From the NCBI GenBank assembly GCA_963827655.1, contig CAWHCF010000049.1, positions 32,001-96,000 on the forward strand: DNA of 64,000 nucleotides, read 5' to 3'. The position numbers were made by a program, and so were the translations under genes. The stretch comes from an uncultured Acidobacteriota bacterium. Lineage in GTDB: Bacteria > Acidobacteriota > UBA6911. This document shows, piece after piece, positions 39,628 through 49,930 of the stretch (positions within the stretch are counted from its first letter, which is position 1; each line of letters opens with the position of its first letter). Under the pieces are notes generated by a model. It did no database searches and had not been told where the DNA came from. It saw nothing but the letters and a program-made list of their open reading frames with translations.

Positions 39628-40667
39628 TACACGACGCTGTAGTCCGTGACCGTCGTCTTGTCTCCTATGACGGTGCCGGGACGAAGGCGCGCTCCTTCGC
39701 CGATGTGGCATTGCCGGCCGACGATGGCGCGCTCGATCCGCGCGCCGCCGCGAATGCGCGTTCCGCTCCAGATCACCGAGTCGCGGATGAGGGTTCCTTC
39801 CTCCACGCGACAGTCTTCGCCCAGCACGGAATTCTCAATCACGACTCCTGCTTTTATCACGCACCCGCCGTCCAGGATCGAGAAGTTGTCGATCTGTACC
39901 TGGCTCTTGTCCCAGTGATTCGGCTGGCTGAATTTCAGAGGGTAGCCGGGGAATCTCATCCGGCCGGAAATCAGCCCGAAATGCGCCTCCAGATACTTCT
40001 GAGGACTTCCGATGTCCTGCCAGTAGCCGCGGGTCAGGTATGCATAAAAGCGGGCTCCCTCCTGGAGCAACTGCGGGAAAACATCGCGCTCAAAACTGCG
40101 CGGATCGTGATTCGGAATGCGCTCGAGGACTGACGGCTCGAGGATGTAAATTCCTGCGTTGATAGTATCCCCGATGATCTCATCTTCAGGCGGTTTCTCG
40201 GTGAACCGCAGAACGCGTCCTTCGGGTCCCGTCTCGACCAGTCCGTATCCGGTCGGGTTCATAACCCGGGTCATGACGATGGTGGCGTCAGCGCTTCGGT
40301 CTCGATGGTACTGGATTACGCTGCACAGGTCCGCGTCGGTCAGCACATCTCCGTTGAGCACAACGGTCGTGTCGTCGATCAGGTGTCCCGCGCCTCTGAG
40401 CGCTCCGGCAGTTCCCCGAGGGAGATCCTCGTGAGTGTAGCGCATTGTGACGCCATAGTTGAGACCGTCGCCGAAGAGGTCTTCGATCTTTCGGGGTTGG
40501 TAAGAAAGACTGAGAATGATCTCGGTGATCTTAGCCCGCTTTATGTGGTCAATCTGAAAAAAGAGAAAAGGAATGTTCGCCAGGGGAACAATAGGCTTTG
40601 GGGTGTGCAGCGTTAACGGGCGCAACCGCGCTCCTTTTCCGCCTGCGAGAATGAAAGCCTTGATCAT
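39627..40667 (-). CDS. NDP-sugar pyrophosphorylase (mannose-1-phosphate guanylyltransferase-like) with hexapeptide tail
   Basis: LAGGKGARLRPLT..TPKP, NGD, FTEKP, INAGIY, WQDIG. Confidence 0.9.
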   Translation of the reverse strand: MIKAFILAGGKGARLRPLTLHTPKPIVPLANIPFLFFQIDHIKRAKITEIILSLSYQPRKIEDLFGDGLNYGVTMRYTHEDLPRGTAGALRGAGHLIDDTTVVLNGDVLTDADLCSVIQYHRDRSADATIVMTRVMNPTGYGLVETGPEGRVLRFTEKPPEDEIIGDTINAGIYILEPSVLERIPNHDPRSFERDVFPQLLQEGARFYAYLTRGYWQDIGSPQKYLEAHFGLISGRMRFPGYPLKFSQPNHWDKSQVQIDNFSILDGGCVIKAGVVIENSVLGEDCRVEEGTLIRDSVIWSGTRIRGGARIERAIVGRQCHIGEGARLRPGTVIGDKTTVTDYSVV

Positions 40668-40756
40668 GTTCCTGGGTCCGCCAAAAAAACACGAAATCTT
40701 ATCACATCCCAGTTTGGCAAGTGGTCAAAACTGCGGGCGTTCTGTATGATGTAGGC

Positions 40757-41890
40757 ATGCGTTTCCAAGGCCTCCACCTGGTTCGCGTTTGGGGCATCCA
40801 GATCGTCATCGACTACTCCTGGTTCCTGGTGTTTTTCCTGCTGAGCTACACAATGTCTCAAAGCTACTTCCCCCAGGTGCACAAGGAGTTCACGACTCCT
40901 CAATACTGGATGATGGGGATGATTACCGCTCTTCTTGTATTCCTTTCAGTTCTGGTCCACGAGTTGTCCCATTCATTCGTCGCTCTAAAACAGGGAATCC
41001 GAGTCAGCAGCATCCGGCTCTTCATTTTCGGCGGCGTGGCGCAGATTGAATCAGAACCCAGCTCGGGCCGCCACGAGTTCCTCATCGCCCTGGCCGGGCC
41101 GGCCACCAGCATGGCGCTGGCTTTTCTCTTTGGCGCGACTTACCTGGTCCTGAGCATCCGTGGAGGGTTGGCGCCGGCGGCGGCTGTTTCCTTGCACTTA
41201 TCCTACGCGAACCTCCTTCTGGTCTTGTTTAACCTGATCCCGGGATTCCCTCTCGACGGCGGGCGTATCCTGCGGGCAATTCTGTGGGATCGATGGAATG
41301 ATGCGGCGCGAGCGACCAGGGTAGTCAGCCAGATCGGGAGCGCCTTTGCGCTCTTTTTGATGATCCTGGGAGCGCTGCAGGCCTTCGTCGCTCAGAACTT
41401 GATTTCGGGAATCTGGCTGATCTTCATCGGGCTGTTCATGAAGCAAGCCGCAGTCGGCAGCTATCAGACGGTCGCGCTCAGGCAAGCGCTTGTTGGCGTA
41501 CGGGTCCAGGACGTCATGAGGAAAAACCTGGTTTCGGTGGAGTGGCTGACTTCGGTGGATCAACTGGTGCGGGACTATGTTTACAAGCATCAATTCACGA
41601 ATTTCCCGGTATTTGACCGGGACGAGTTTGTCGGGATGGTCTCGCTGGCAGAGGTAAAAGGCGTGCCCAAAGAACTCTGGGCTTTCAAACAAATAAGAGA
41701 CATCATGACACCCGCCGAACAGCTGGTAACCTTGAAGCCGACAGACGACGTGTCGGAAGCTCTGAGCCGCATGATCATGGCTGATACGGGGCGCCTGGCG
41801 GTGATTGAGGAGGGCCGTCTGGTCGGGATCGTTTCGCGCGGCGATATCATGAATCTCTTCAAGATTAAGTCGGATCTGGGAATGGCCTGA
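40757..41890 (+). CDS. Site-2 protease (M50) with CBS pair
   Basis: HELSHS, AGP, FNLIPGFPLDGGR, C-terminal CBS domains. Confidence 0.93.
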   Translation: MRFQGLHLVRVWGIQIVIDYSWFLVFFLLSYTMSQSYFPQVHKEFTTPQYWMMGMITALLVFLSVLVHELSHSFVALKQGIRVSSIRLFIFGGVAQIESEPSSGRHEFLIALAGPATSMALAFLFGATYLVLSIRGGLAPAAAVSLHLSYANLLLVLFNLIPGFPLDGGRILRAILWDRWNDAARATRVVSQIGSAFALFLMILGALQAFVAQNLISGIWLIFIGLFMKQAAVGSYQTVALRQALVGVRVQDVMRKNLVSVEWLTSVDQLVRDYVYKHQFTNFPVFDRDEFVGMVSLAEVKGVPKELWAFKQIRDIMTPAEQLVTLKPTDDVSEALSRMIMADTGRLAVIEEGRLVGIVSRGDIMNLFKIKSDLGMA

Positions 41891-41933
41891 GACGTCCCGC
41901 TTGTTGATCTCCTTGGCTGGTGGAGAGCGCTCG

Positions 41934-42773
41934 ATGGTCAAGTCTATCCTGCTTCCATTGCTCGAAGGATCAACCAGTGAGAGTGCGCGTGAGTACGCTT
42001 TCTGGCTGGCCCAAAAACAGGCGGGTCAAATACACGGCCTCGGCCTGATCGACGTCAAGTCGTTTGAAATCCCCGTCATGGGCACGCCCGATGGATTCAT
42101 GCCTGCCGTGGTAACCCCTCCCCTCCAGGAAAGCCAGAAACTTTTGAACGAGATGAGCGCTCAGGCCCGGGAACGCCTGGAGCAACTGGGCAAAGAGTGC
42201 GGGACCAAAGGAATTCCTTGCAGTACCGACCTCAGGATAGGCATTCCCGGTGAAATCGTCACGCGCGAGGCGGTGGCGCACGACATTGTAGTTCTGGCTC
42301 GCGCAACCTACGGCGGCCCTGAAAGGCGGCTGGATGCCCTGGTTCCAGGCGTGATTCGGGGCTCGATTCGGCCGGTCCTGGTAGCCGGCGGCTCGTTTCG
42401 AAACATTCGTCATATTCTGATTGCTTACGATGGCAGCGTCCATGCCGCGCGCGCTCTTTTGATTGCGGCGGAGCTTGGCGCGCTGGCTGAAATCCGAAGC
42501 ACGCTGGTAAACATTGCCGGTTCTGAAGAGGCCGGGCAGGAGACGCTGGCTCCGGCCGAGGCATACTTATCGCATCATGGGGTGAGCCCCCGGAAGAAAG
42601 TGCTCGCCGGCACGCGGCCGTCCGATCTCATCTGTGAAATTGTGACCAGTTCGGAAGCAGATCTCCTGGTCATGGGAGCCTACGGTCATAGCCCCATTCG
42701 AGAAATGCTATTCGGCAGTACCACTGAGAGGGTTTTGTCGCACTGCGGCTCCTCGGTGGTGCTTCAGTCCTGA
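41934..42773 (+). CDS. Universal stress protein (tandem USP domains)
   Basis: ILIAYDGS, DLLVMGAYGHS..REMLFGSTT. Confidence 0.92.
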   Translation: MVKSILLPLLEGSTSESAREYAFWLAQKQAGQIHGLGLIDVKSFEIPVMGTPDGFMPAVVTPPLQESQKLLNEMSAQARERLEQLGKECGTKGIPCSTDLRIGIPGEIVTREAVAHDIVVLARATYGGPERRLDALVPGVIRGSIRPVLVAGGSFRNIRHILIAYDGSVHAARALLIAAELGALAEIRSTLVNIAGSEEAGQETLAPAEAYLSHHGVSPRKKVLAGTRPSDLICEIVTSSEADLLVMGAYGHSPIREMLFGSTTERVLSHCGSSVVLQS

Positions 42774-42789
42774 TTGCTTCGCGGTTGTC

Positions 42790-42845
42790 TAACAAATACC
42801 ACCAAGACTCAATGACACGAAGAAACACCAAGAATCTTGCCAAAC
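42790..42845 (+). repeat. Octamer-family repeat arm
   Basis: AACAAATACCACCAAGACTCAATGACACGAAGAAACACCAAG. Confidence 0.85.
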
Positions 42846-42936
42846 CTAGTAATACGAAGACTCGAAGTGACACAACGCGGTCTGTGGCCGCAGCCAGAGT
42901 TGGTGTTTAGAATTTGGTTGTGGTAAAAGAGAAGCG

Positions 42937-43635
42937 ATGAATCTGCCCAATGCAATAACCCTAGCCCGCATCTTTCTGGCGCCCCTCGTCGTGGCGGTTT
43001 TGCTCACGACTCGGATCAAGAATTGGGAATTCTGGGGTGTGGGCTTGTTCCTTGCCGCTGCCCTCACCGATATTCTTGACGGCTACCTGGCCAGGCGGCG
43101 CGGGCAGGTTACTACACTCGGGCGACTACTGGACCCCATTGCCGACAAGCTGCTGATCTCATCGGCTTTAATTGCGCTCGTACAGCTAGGCCTGGCGCCG
43201 GCGTGGATGGTCGTAATTATTGTAGGCCGGGAGTTCGCTGTGAGCGGGTTACGCAGCATTGCGGCGTCGGAGGGCTTTACCATTCATGCTTCGCCGCTGG
43301 GAAAAGGGAAAATGGCGGTGCAGGTTGCGGCTGTCGTTGGCCTGATTCTGGCCCGCGGCCGCGGAGGATGGATTCTAGAAACGGCAAACGCGCTTCTCTG
43401 GGTGGTGGTTTTTTTCGCCCTCCTTTCCATGACCCAGTATTTTCGAGAATTCTGGTCCAAGATCGATAGCAGCATTAAGTATCGCGAACGTCGTCGCATT
43501 CGCATTCTGGAGCGACGGCGCTTGATTATGGCCGAGCTGCGCGAGCTCCGGCGATTGCACAAGCTTCAAAGCCCCCGTCGTTCAAGACGGGGCTCGACTG
43601 CCCCTCCCGTAGGCTCCGTGCAGGATTCCGGCTAG
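42937..43635 (+). CDS. pgsA: CDP-diacylglycerol--glycerol-3-phosphate 3-phosphatidyltransferase
   Basis: MNLPNAIT, DILDGYLARR..VTTLGRLLDPIADK, REFAVSGLR, GKGK. Confidence 0.93.
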   Translation: MNLPNAITLARIFLAPLVVAVLLTTRIKNWEFWGVGLFLAAALTDILDGYLARRRGQVTTLGRLLDPIADKLLISSALIALVQLGLAPAWMVVIIVGREFAVSGLRSIAASEGFTIHASPLGKGKMAVQVAAVVGLILARGRGGWILETANALLWVVVFFALLSMTQYFREFWSKIDSSIKYRERRRIRILERRRLIMAELRELRRLHKLQSPRRSRRGSTAPPVGSVQDSG

Positions 43636-43682
43636 CTTCCTCGGGCTTGCTTCCGCGTTTGCCTCACCAGCGTCGCACGCCT

Positions 43683-44240
43683 ATGAATTTGCCCCCTCCG
43701 GTCCTGGATGATTCTGCAAAGAATGAGCTCCTGGCGCTGGCGCGCCGTACGCTCGAGAGCTATCTGGCATGCGGTGAAATTCCCGGGTATTTTACCAGTC
43801 GTCTGGAACTGTGCGCGCGTTGCGGCGCGTTCGTTTCTCTTCACCGGGGAAAGGACTTGCGTGGGTGCATCGGCCTCCTGACACCGGACGAGGAGCTCTA
43901 TCGAACTGTTCAGCGCTGCGCTATTTCCTCGGCGGTCGAGGATTCGCGATTTCCGCCGGTCACCTACGAAGAGCTGCCGGAACTCACGATAGAGCTATCG
44001 GTGCTGGCGCCCCTCCAGACTATCAGGGATCCCGTGGAAGTCGAAGTCGGCAGGCACGGTCTCCTGATCTCGCGCGAGGGCCGGCGCGGTTTGTTGCTCC
44101 CGCAGGTCGCGACCGAGAATCGATGGGACCGGGAAACCTTCCTCAGTCAGACCTGTCGCAAAGCAGGCCTTCCTCTCGACGCCTGGCGCGATCCGGATAC
44201 GTCGATCGAGAGTTTCACCGCTCAAGTCTTCTCCGAATGA
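43683..44240 (+). CDS. amrA: AmmeMemoRadiSam system protein A (AMMECR1-like)
   Basis: GAFVSL...LRGCIG, DSRFPPV, GRHGL, GLLLPQVA, CRKAGL. Confidence 0.93.
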   Translation: MNLPPPVLDDSAKNELLALARRTLESYLACGEIPGYFTSRLELCARCGAFVSLHRGKDLRGCIGLLTPDEELYRTVQRCAISSAVEDSRFPPVTYEELPELTIELSVLAPLQTIRDPVEVEVGRHGLLISREGRRGLLLPQVATENRWDRETFLSQTCRKAGLPLDAWRDPDTSIESFTAQVFSE

Positions 44241-44270
44241 TCTGAACGTTCCTGGAGTGCGGTCCAAGAT

Positions 44271-44341
44271 TCTTGATGTTTCTTCGCGTCTTCGCGGTTA
44301 GCTGCGGAACAAATACCGCCAAGACACGAAGAGACACCAGG
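44271..44341. repeat. Composite palindromic octamer repeat unit
   Basis: TTTCTTCGCGTCTTCGCGGTTAGCTGCGGAACAAATACCGCCAAGACACGAAG. Confidence 0.82.
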
Positions 44342-44458
44342 AACTGGCAGCGCACGGTCGCGCTTGTGCCGGCTCCGGCGATGATTTACATTGTCCGGGC
44401 CGGCATCCAGGTGGATGCGTCTTGCGCCGGCCGCGTTCAATCCAACGAGGAGTCGCAC

Positions 44459-45376
44459 GTGATCATTCCGATTGCTGTAGTCCCCGTCGCAGGGCTGGGA
44501 ACCAGGCTTCTTCCAGCCACCAAATCACAGCCCAAAGAAATGCTTCCGGTGGCTAAAAAGCCGGTGGTCCAGTACGTGGTCGAAGAACTGGAAGCCAATG
44601 ACATAAGGCAGATCCTTTTCATCACAGGCAAAAGCAAGACCTCGATTGAGAACCATTTCGACTTTGATCACGAACTGATGAGAAACCTTCGTGAAGGGGG
44701 AAAGGAAGAACTGCTGGCCGAGCTCGAATACGAAAGGATGCCGATCCAGTTCTTCTTTACACGCCAGCGCCGGCAAAAAGGCCTGGGCGATGCCGTTCTG
44801 TGCGGCCGCCCGTATACGCAGGATTCTCCGTTCGTCGTTGCGCTAGGCGACAGCATCATCGGCCTCAACGGCAGCTCGCAGATTTTAAGCCGAATGGCGC
44901 GGACATTCGAATCCACGGGAGCGGCATGCGTCATTGCGGTCGAATCAGTTCCGCTCGACAGCGTCTCCTCATACGGAATCGTCAAGCCCGGAGATTCGTT
45001 GAGTGAGTTGATAAGAGACTCCCGCGGCGCGAACGGCGACGTGTTTGTCATCGAGGATGTTACGGAAAAACCGTCACCCGAGTCTGCACCCAGCAACCTG
45101 GCCATCGCGGCGCGTTACATCTTTTCTCCTGAGATCTATCCCGCGCTCGAGAAAACTCCGCCGGGTAAAAACGGGGAGATTCAACTCACCGACGCGATTC
45201 AGATTCTTTTGCAGGCGGGAAGGAGAATTGTCGGCGTTCGATTGGCGCCGGAAGAACGGCGCTACGATATCGGCAATTTTGAAAGCTACTTCGAAGCATT
45301 CATCGAGTTCGCCATTGCCGACCCGCAGCTTGGGCCGACGCTTCGTAAGAACTTGCCCCGATTGCTGGCAAGGTGA
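44459..45376 (+). CDS. GalU-like sugar-1-phosphate uridylyltransferase
   Basis: PVAGLGTRLLPATKSQPKEMLP, GLGDAV, LGD, EKP, GEIQLTDA, RYDIG; GTG start with GAGGAG RBS. Confidence 0.9.
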   Translation: MIIPIAVVPVAGLGTRLLPATKSQPKEMLPVAKKPVVQYVVEELEANDIRQILFITGKSKTSIENHFDFDHELMRNLREGGKEELLAELEYERMPIQFFFTRQRRQKGLGDAVLCGRPYTQDSPFVVALGDSIIGLNGSSQILSRMARTFESTGAACVIAVESVPLDSVSSYGIVKPGDSLSELIRDSRGANGDVFVIEDVTEKPSPESAPSNLAIAARYIFSPEIYPALEKTPPGKNGEIQLTDAIQILLQAGRRIVGVRLAPEERRYDIGNFESYFEAFIEFAIADPQLGPTLRKNLPRLLAR

Positions 45377-45464
45377 TTCTCCCGATTAGGTGCCCCTATC
45401 ACGCGATGTCTGGTCCGGCGGTTAGTGCCTCAAAGCAAAACCAGCGTCAGGATGGAAGAATCGA

Positions 45465-46460
45465 ATGAAAATAATCAAGGCGGTCGCACACGCTCGAGCG
45501 GCTCTGATCGGGAATCCCTCGGACGGTTACTTTGGCCGGACCATCTCGCTCATCGCCCGAAACTTCGGCGCTCGGGTCGTGGTCTATGAATGGCCTGAAC
45601 TGGAGATCATCCTTAGCCGCCAGGACCGCTGCTGTTTTGACCGGCTGGGCGATCTGGTCCAGGATGTGAAACTGAATGGATACTATGGCGGCCTGCGCCT
45701 CATCAAGGCAGCCATCAAGAGTTTCGCAGAGTATTGCGAGAAAAAGGGAATCACGCTCCCGGCTCGAAATTTTGCGCTCCGCTACGAAACCGATATCCCG
45801 CGGCAGGTCGGCCTGGCGGGCTCGAGTGCGATCGTCACCTCGGTGTTCCGGGCGCTCATGGATTTCTATCAGGTTTCGATACCGAGGGAGGTCTTGCCCA
45901 ACTTGACTCTGGCGGTTGAAACCGGGGAGCTGAGTATCTCGGCAGGTCTGCAAGATCGCGTGACCCAGGTTTATGAAGGTCTCGTGTACATGGATTTTGA
46001 CCGCCGGTACATGGAGGAGCGAGGTCACGGCCAGTACGAACCGCTCGACCCGGCGTTGTTGCCCCCGGTATTTGTGGCCTACAGAACCGACTTGAGCGAA
46101 ATATCGGGCGTTTTTCACAACAACATACGCGCGCGCTGGGAAGCCGGAGAGCCTGCGGTTGTCGACGCGATGACCCACGTGGCTGACCTGGCCCTGGAGG
46201 GAAAGAAGTGCCTGCTTCAGAAAAACCATCGAAGACTGGGCGAGCTGATCAATGAAAACTTCGATACTCGGGCGAGCATCTACAAGTTGGATCCGCGCAA
46301 TGTCGAAATGGTGATGCAGGCGCGTCGTTTAGGTGCCCCGGCGCACTATGCCGGCTCGGGAGGATCCATCCTTGGTATTTACCAGGACGAAAGCATGCTG
46401 GCCGCGCTCCGCCGCGCTTTTGACTCGCTCGGCTGCCGCCTGTTTATTCCCAGCGTCTAG
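45465..46460 (+). CDS. GHMP kinase, glucuronokinase-like
   Basis: [32 protein letters not shown] (GHMP ATP loop), [23 protein letters not shown]. Confidence 0.82.
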   Translation: MKIIKAVAHARAALIGNPSDGYFGRTISLIARNFGARVVVYEWPELEIILSRQDRCCFDRLGDLVQDVKLNGYYGGLRLIKAAIKSFAEYCEKKGITLPARNFALRYETDIPRQVGLAGSSAIVTSVFRALMDFYQVSIPREVLPNLTLAVETGELSISAGLQDRVTQVYEGLVYMDFDRRYMEERGHGQYEPLDPALLPPVFVAYRTDLSEISGVFHNNIRARWEAGEPAVVDAMTHVADLALEGKKCLLQKNHRRLGELINENFDTRASIYKLDPRNVEMVMQARRLGAPAHYAGSGGSILGIYQDESMLAALRRAFDSLGCRLFIPSV

Positions 46461-46465
46461 TTTAA

Positions 46466-46587
46466 GCAGAAAGTAAAAAGTGCTGAGTGGAAAGCATTTA
46501 AAGTGTATACTCGGCACTGTTACCGGAATTGGTTGGACTGCTTCCGTTGTTGACTCAGCACTATTTTTACTCAGCACTAGTTTACTG
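46466..46587. repeat. Degenerate inverted heptamer pair (AGTGCTG / CTCAGCA)
   Basis: AAAAAGTGCTGAGT ... ACTCAGCACTATTTTTACTCAGCACT. Confidence 0.65.
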
Positions 46588-46597
46588 GAGTAGGTAG

Positions 46598-47626
46598 ATG
46601 AAGTACCTGGTTACGGGTGGAGCAGGCTTCATCGGGTCGCACTTGACCGAGAAGCTCTTGAGCCGGGGCGATGAGGTCTGCGTCATAGATGATCTTTCGA
46701 CGGGCAGCATGAGTAACGTTAAACACCTCGAAGCGCAGCCGGCCTTCAGGCACGTGCTGGATACCGTGTTGAACTGGCGCTTGATGGCGGAACTTGTCGA
46801 CGGGGCAGACGTCGTCTTCCATCTGGCCGCAGCGGTGGGGGTACGGCTGATCGTGGAAAGCCCGGTGAGGACTATCGAAACCAATATAAGGGGAACCGAG
46901 ATTGTCCTTTCGCTTGCGGCCAGGAAGAGAAAACCTGTGGTTATCTTTTCAACCTCGGAGGTTTATGGCAAATCCAGCCGGGCGAGTTTCTGTGAAACGG
47001 ATGATTTGATCCTTGGACCGACCTTGAAAGGAAGATGGAGTTATGCCGCTTCCAAGATCATCGACGAGTTTCTGGCGCTCGCGTATTTCAAGGAAAAGAA
47101 GCTGCCGGTAGTCATAATTCGCCTGTTCAATACGGTGGGGCCGCGCCAGACGGGGCGGTACGGGATGGTTGTTCCCAGCTTTGTGAGCCAGGCTTTAAAT
47201 GGCGAGCCTATTACGGTTTATGGCGATGGAAAGCAGACCCGTAGCTTCACCCACGTCAAAGATGCCGTCGGGGCGATTTTGAAACTGGTGGAGCATCCGG
47301 AGGCTGTCGGAGAGATTTTCAACATCGGTGGAGTTGATGAAATCACCATTGAGGGTCTGGCTCATACGGTCAAAGACCTCCTTCAAAGCCCCTCAACGAT
47401 CACATACATTCCTTACGATAAAGCCTACGAACAAGGATTCGAGGACATGAGAAAGCGCGCTCCGGACATCAGCAAGATCGAACGAATAATCGGGTATAAA
47501 CCCCGTTACGGTCTCGGCGACATCATCGCCGATGTGGCGGAATATCAGAAACTCCAGCGCGCGTCCGTAGCGCCGTTGACGCCTTCCCAAATACCATTAA
47601 GACGCGAAGACACGAAGAAACACTAA
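46598..47626 (+). CDS. NAD-dependent nucleotide-sugar epimerase/dehydratase (extended SDR)
   Basis: TGGAGFIGS, HLAAAVGV, STSEVYG, YAASK, RLFNTVGPRQ. Confidence 0.92.
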   Translation: MKYLVTGGAGFIGSHLTEKLLSRGDEVCVIDDLSTGSMSNVKHLEAQPAFRHVLDTVLNWRLMAELVDGADVVFHLAAAVGVRLIVESPVRTIETNIRGTEIVLSLAARKRKPVVIFSTSEVYGKSSRASFCETDDLILGPTLKGRWSYAASKIIDEFLALAYFKEKKLPVVIIRLFNTVGPRQTGRYGMVVPSFVSQALNGEPITVYGDGKQTRSFTHVKDAVGAILKLVEHPEAVGEIFNIGGVDEITIEGLAHTVKDLLQSPSTITYIPYDKAYEQGFEDMRKRAPDISKIERIIGYKPRYGLGDIIADVAEYQKLQRASVAPLTPSQIPLRREDTKKH

Positions 47627-47629
47627 GGA

Positions 47630-47717
47630 CTAAGGTTCGTTCGGGGACTTCGCCCCGAACGAAAGCCCCTTTTGAACGACAACATGTTTGGTTTGAACGT
47701 TTCACCAAGCGCCTAAG
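47630..47717 (+). repeat. About 85-bp dispersed hairpin element, copy 2, following an octamer arm (47588-47627)
   Basis: Near-identical to 29007-29093; CTAAG at both ends. Confidence 0.88.
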
Positions 47718-47771
47718 ACTGGCGGTCGAAGTCTTGATGTTCGAACGGGGGACCGATAATATCAAGGGACC

Positions 47772-49142
47772 ATGGATGATAAGTTAACTCAGGACTTGAA
47801 GTCGCTCAAGATCGATCGCGGTCAGAAGGCGAGCGGAGGCGGCAGTCGGAAAAAGCTGCTCGTCGTGGGCGGGCTTTTGTCGGTGGCCGTGCTCGTGGCG
47901 GCGGTTCTAAGTTTCGTGCCCGAAAAAGCCGGCTTGACGAGTCTTGGAGCCAAGCCTCGCGAAGTGCAGACAGTCATGGTTGTCCGGCAGTCGCCCTCGG
48001 CCGACACCGTGGTGCTCACAGCGGGAGGATACATTATTCCGCGCCACCGGATCGATATCGCATCAAAGCTGAGCGGGCAAGTCGAGGAAGTTCTCTTCGA
48101 GAAGGGCGACGTGGTGAAGGCAGGGCAGGTTCTGGCGCGGCTCGACGATCGTGAGATTCGCGCGCAGCTGGCACAGGCCCGGGCCAATCGCCAGGCGACC
48201 CAGGCGCGTCTGGACGAGGCTGTAACGGGCTCGCGGCCGCAGGAACTGCAACGCGCGCAGGCCACGCTGGAGCAGGCGGAAGCCAATCTTCGAACCAGCA
48301 AGCTGAACCTTGATCGCGCCCGGCAGCTCAACCAGACCGGCGTCTGGGCCAAGCAAGCGCTTGACGATGCCCAGAACAATTATGATGTCGCAGCCGCTCA
48401 AGCCAAGGTCGCCCGCGAGAACTACGAACTCACGCGCATCGGCCCGCGCAAGGAGCAAATCGAGCTGTCCCGGGCTCAAGTCGCTGAAGCGGATGCCACG
48501 ATTCGCTGGTGGGAAACGCAGCTCGAGAACGCCGTGATTCGGGCACCGGTCGACGGCACGATATCTGGACCGGGGAGTCGAGAAGGGTGAAATGCTGACT
48601 ACCGGGATTCTACGGCGGCGGACGGGGTCCCAAAGCCAGGCCTCGGGAGCCTGGCAGACCTGAAGGAACTCGAGGTCGAGCTCGACATCAACGAGGCTGA
48701 TATTTCTCGCGTCCATTCTGGCCAGGAATGCACGGTGTCACCGGACTCCTATCCGGATCGGAAATACAAGGCTCGAGTCCGCGAAATCGCGCCCGAGGCA
48801 AACCGCCAGAAGGCGACTATCCAGGTAAAAGTAGCCATCGAGTCGCCCGACAAATACCTCCGGCCGGAGACCAACGCGAAAGTGAATTTCCTGGAAGAGT
48901 CCAAGCCATCGGCCGGCGAAGATCGGATTCTGATTCCCAAATCGGCCGTCGCCGACTCTCAAGGCGCCTCGTCTGTCTACCTGATCAAAGATGGACGGGC
49001 CGCGCGCCAGAGTATCAAGACCAGCAAGGAACTCGGGGGACAGATCGAGGTAGTTTCCGGACTGGTCGGTGGAGAGCAGCTGATTGTGCGCGGCCTCGAG
49101 GGGATTACGGATGGAGAGAGGGTGACGGTGAAGCACAACTGA
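47772..49142 (+). CDS. Efflux periplasmic adaptor (membrane fusion protein); several indels at about 48560-48645
   Basis: N-terminal TM, lipoyl halves [14 protein letters not shown] and IRAPVDG, long coiled coil; resumes [14 protein letters not shown] and ...[10 protein letters not shown]. Confidence 0.85.
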
Positions 49143-49188
49143 CAAACGATTGAATGACGATGTGACCAAGGGCGCACATGGAGTATTC

Positions 49189-49887
49189 ATGCCTGATGCA
49201 CTGGTGAGAATCTCGAACCTGAGCAAAGTGTTCAAACGCGACAACGAAAAAGTGGTGGCGCTGGAGGAATGCTCGCTCGACATTTCGAAAGGCGAATTTC
49301 TGGCCCTGATGGGACCCTCGGGGTCCGGCAAGACTACGCTCCTGAACATCATCGCCGGTATCGATCGGCCGACCACCGGGGAAGTCGAGGTGGATGGTAT
49401 CAGGATCGCATCGATGTCCGATCGCGAGCTGGCCCACTGGCGCAACACCCACATCGGATTCGTTTTTCAATCCTTCAACCTGATTCCCGTGCTCACGGCT
49501 TTCGAAAACGTGGAGCTGCCGCTCCTGCTCACCCGGCTGAGCAAGCCGGAGAGGCACGATCACGTCAAGACGGCTTTGCGTCTGGTCGGCCTGGAGGACC
49601 GGATGAAGCATTATCCCCGCCAGCTCTCCGGAGGTCAGGAGCAGCGGGTTGCCATTGCGAGAGCCATTGTCACCGATCCGACACTCCTCCTCGCCGACGA
49701 GCCCACGGGAGACCTGGACGCTCACGCGGCTCAGGAGATCATGAATCTCCTCGAGCGGTTGAATAAGGAATTCGGAAAATCGGTCGTCATGGTTACCCAT
49801 GATGCCAGGGCGGCGCATCATGCGACGAGCAGACGATACCTGGATAAGGGAGTGTTGTTGAAAGACGGGCAGCTCCCGGGGGCTTGA
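49189..49887 (+). CDS. ABC transporter ATP-binding protein (MacB/LolD-like)
   Basis: [37 protein letters not shown]. Confidence 0.96.
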   Translation: MPDALVRISNLSKVFKRDNEKVVALEECSLDISKGEFLALMGPSGSGKTTLLNIIAGIDRPTTGEVEVDGIRIASMSDRELAHWRNTHIGFVFQSFNLIPVLTAFENVELPLLLTRLSKPERHDHVKTALRLVGLEDRMKHYPRQLSGGQEQRVAIARAIVTDPTLLLADEPTGDLDAHAAQEIMNLLERLNKEFGKSVVMVTHDARAAHHATSRRYLDKGVLLKDGQLPGA

Positions 49888-49930
49888 TGGGTCGCGGACG
49901 CCCCGATAGTAGGCACTCCTCAGCAGGGGG

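Noticed and set aside
48560-48645. Programmed frameshifting in the MFP and other split genes
   Set aside because: Multiple irregular indels without slippery heptamers; assembly error is more parsimonious.
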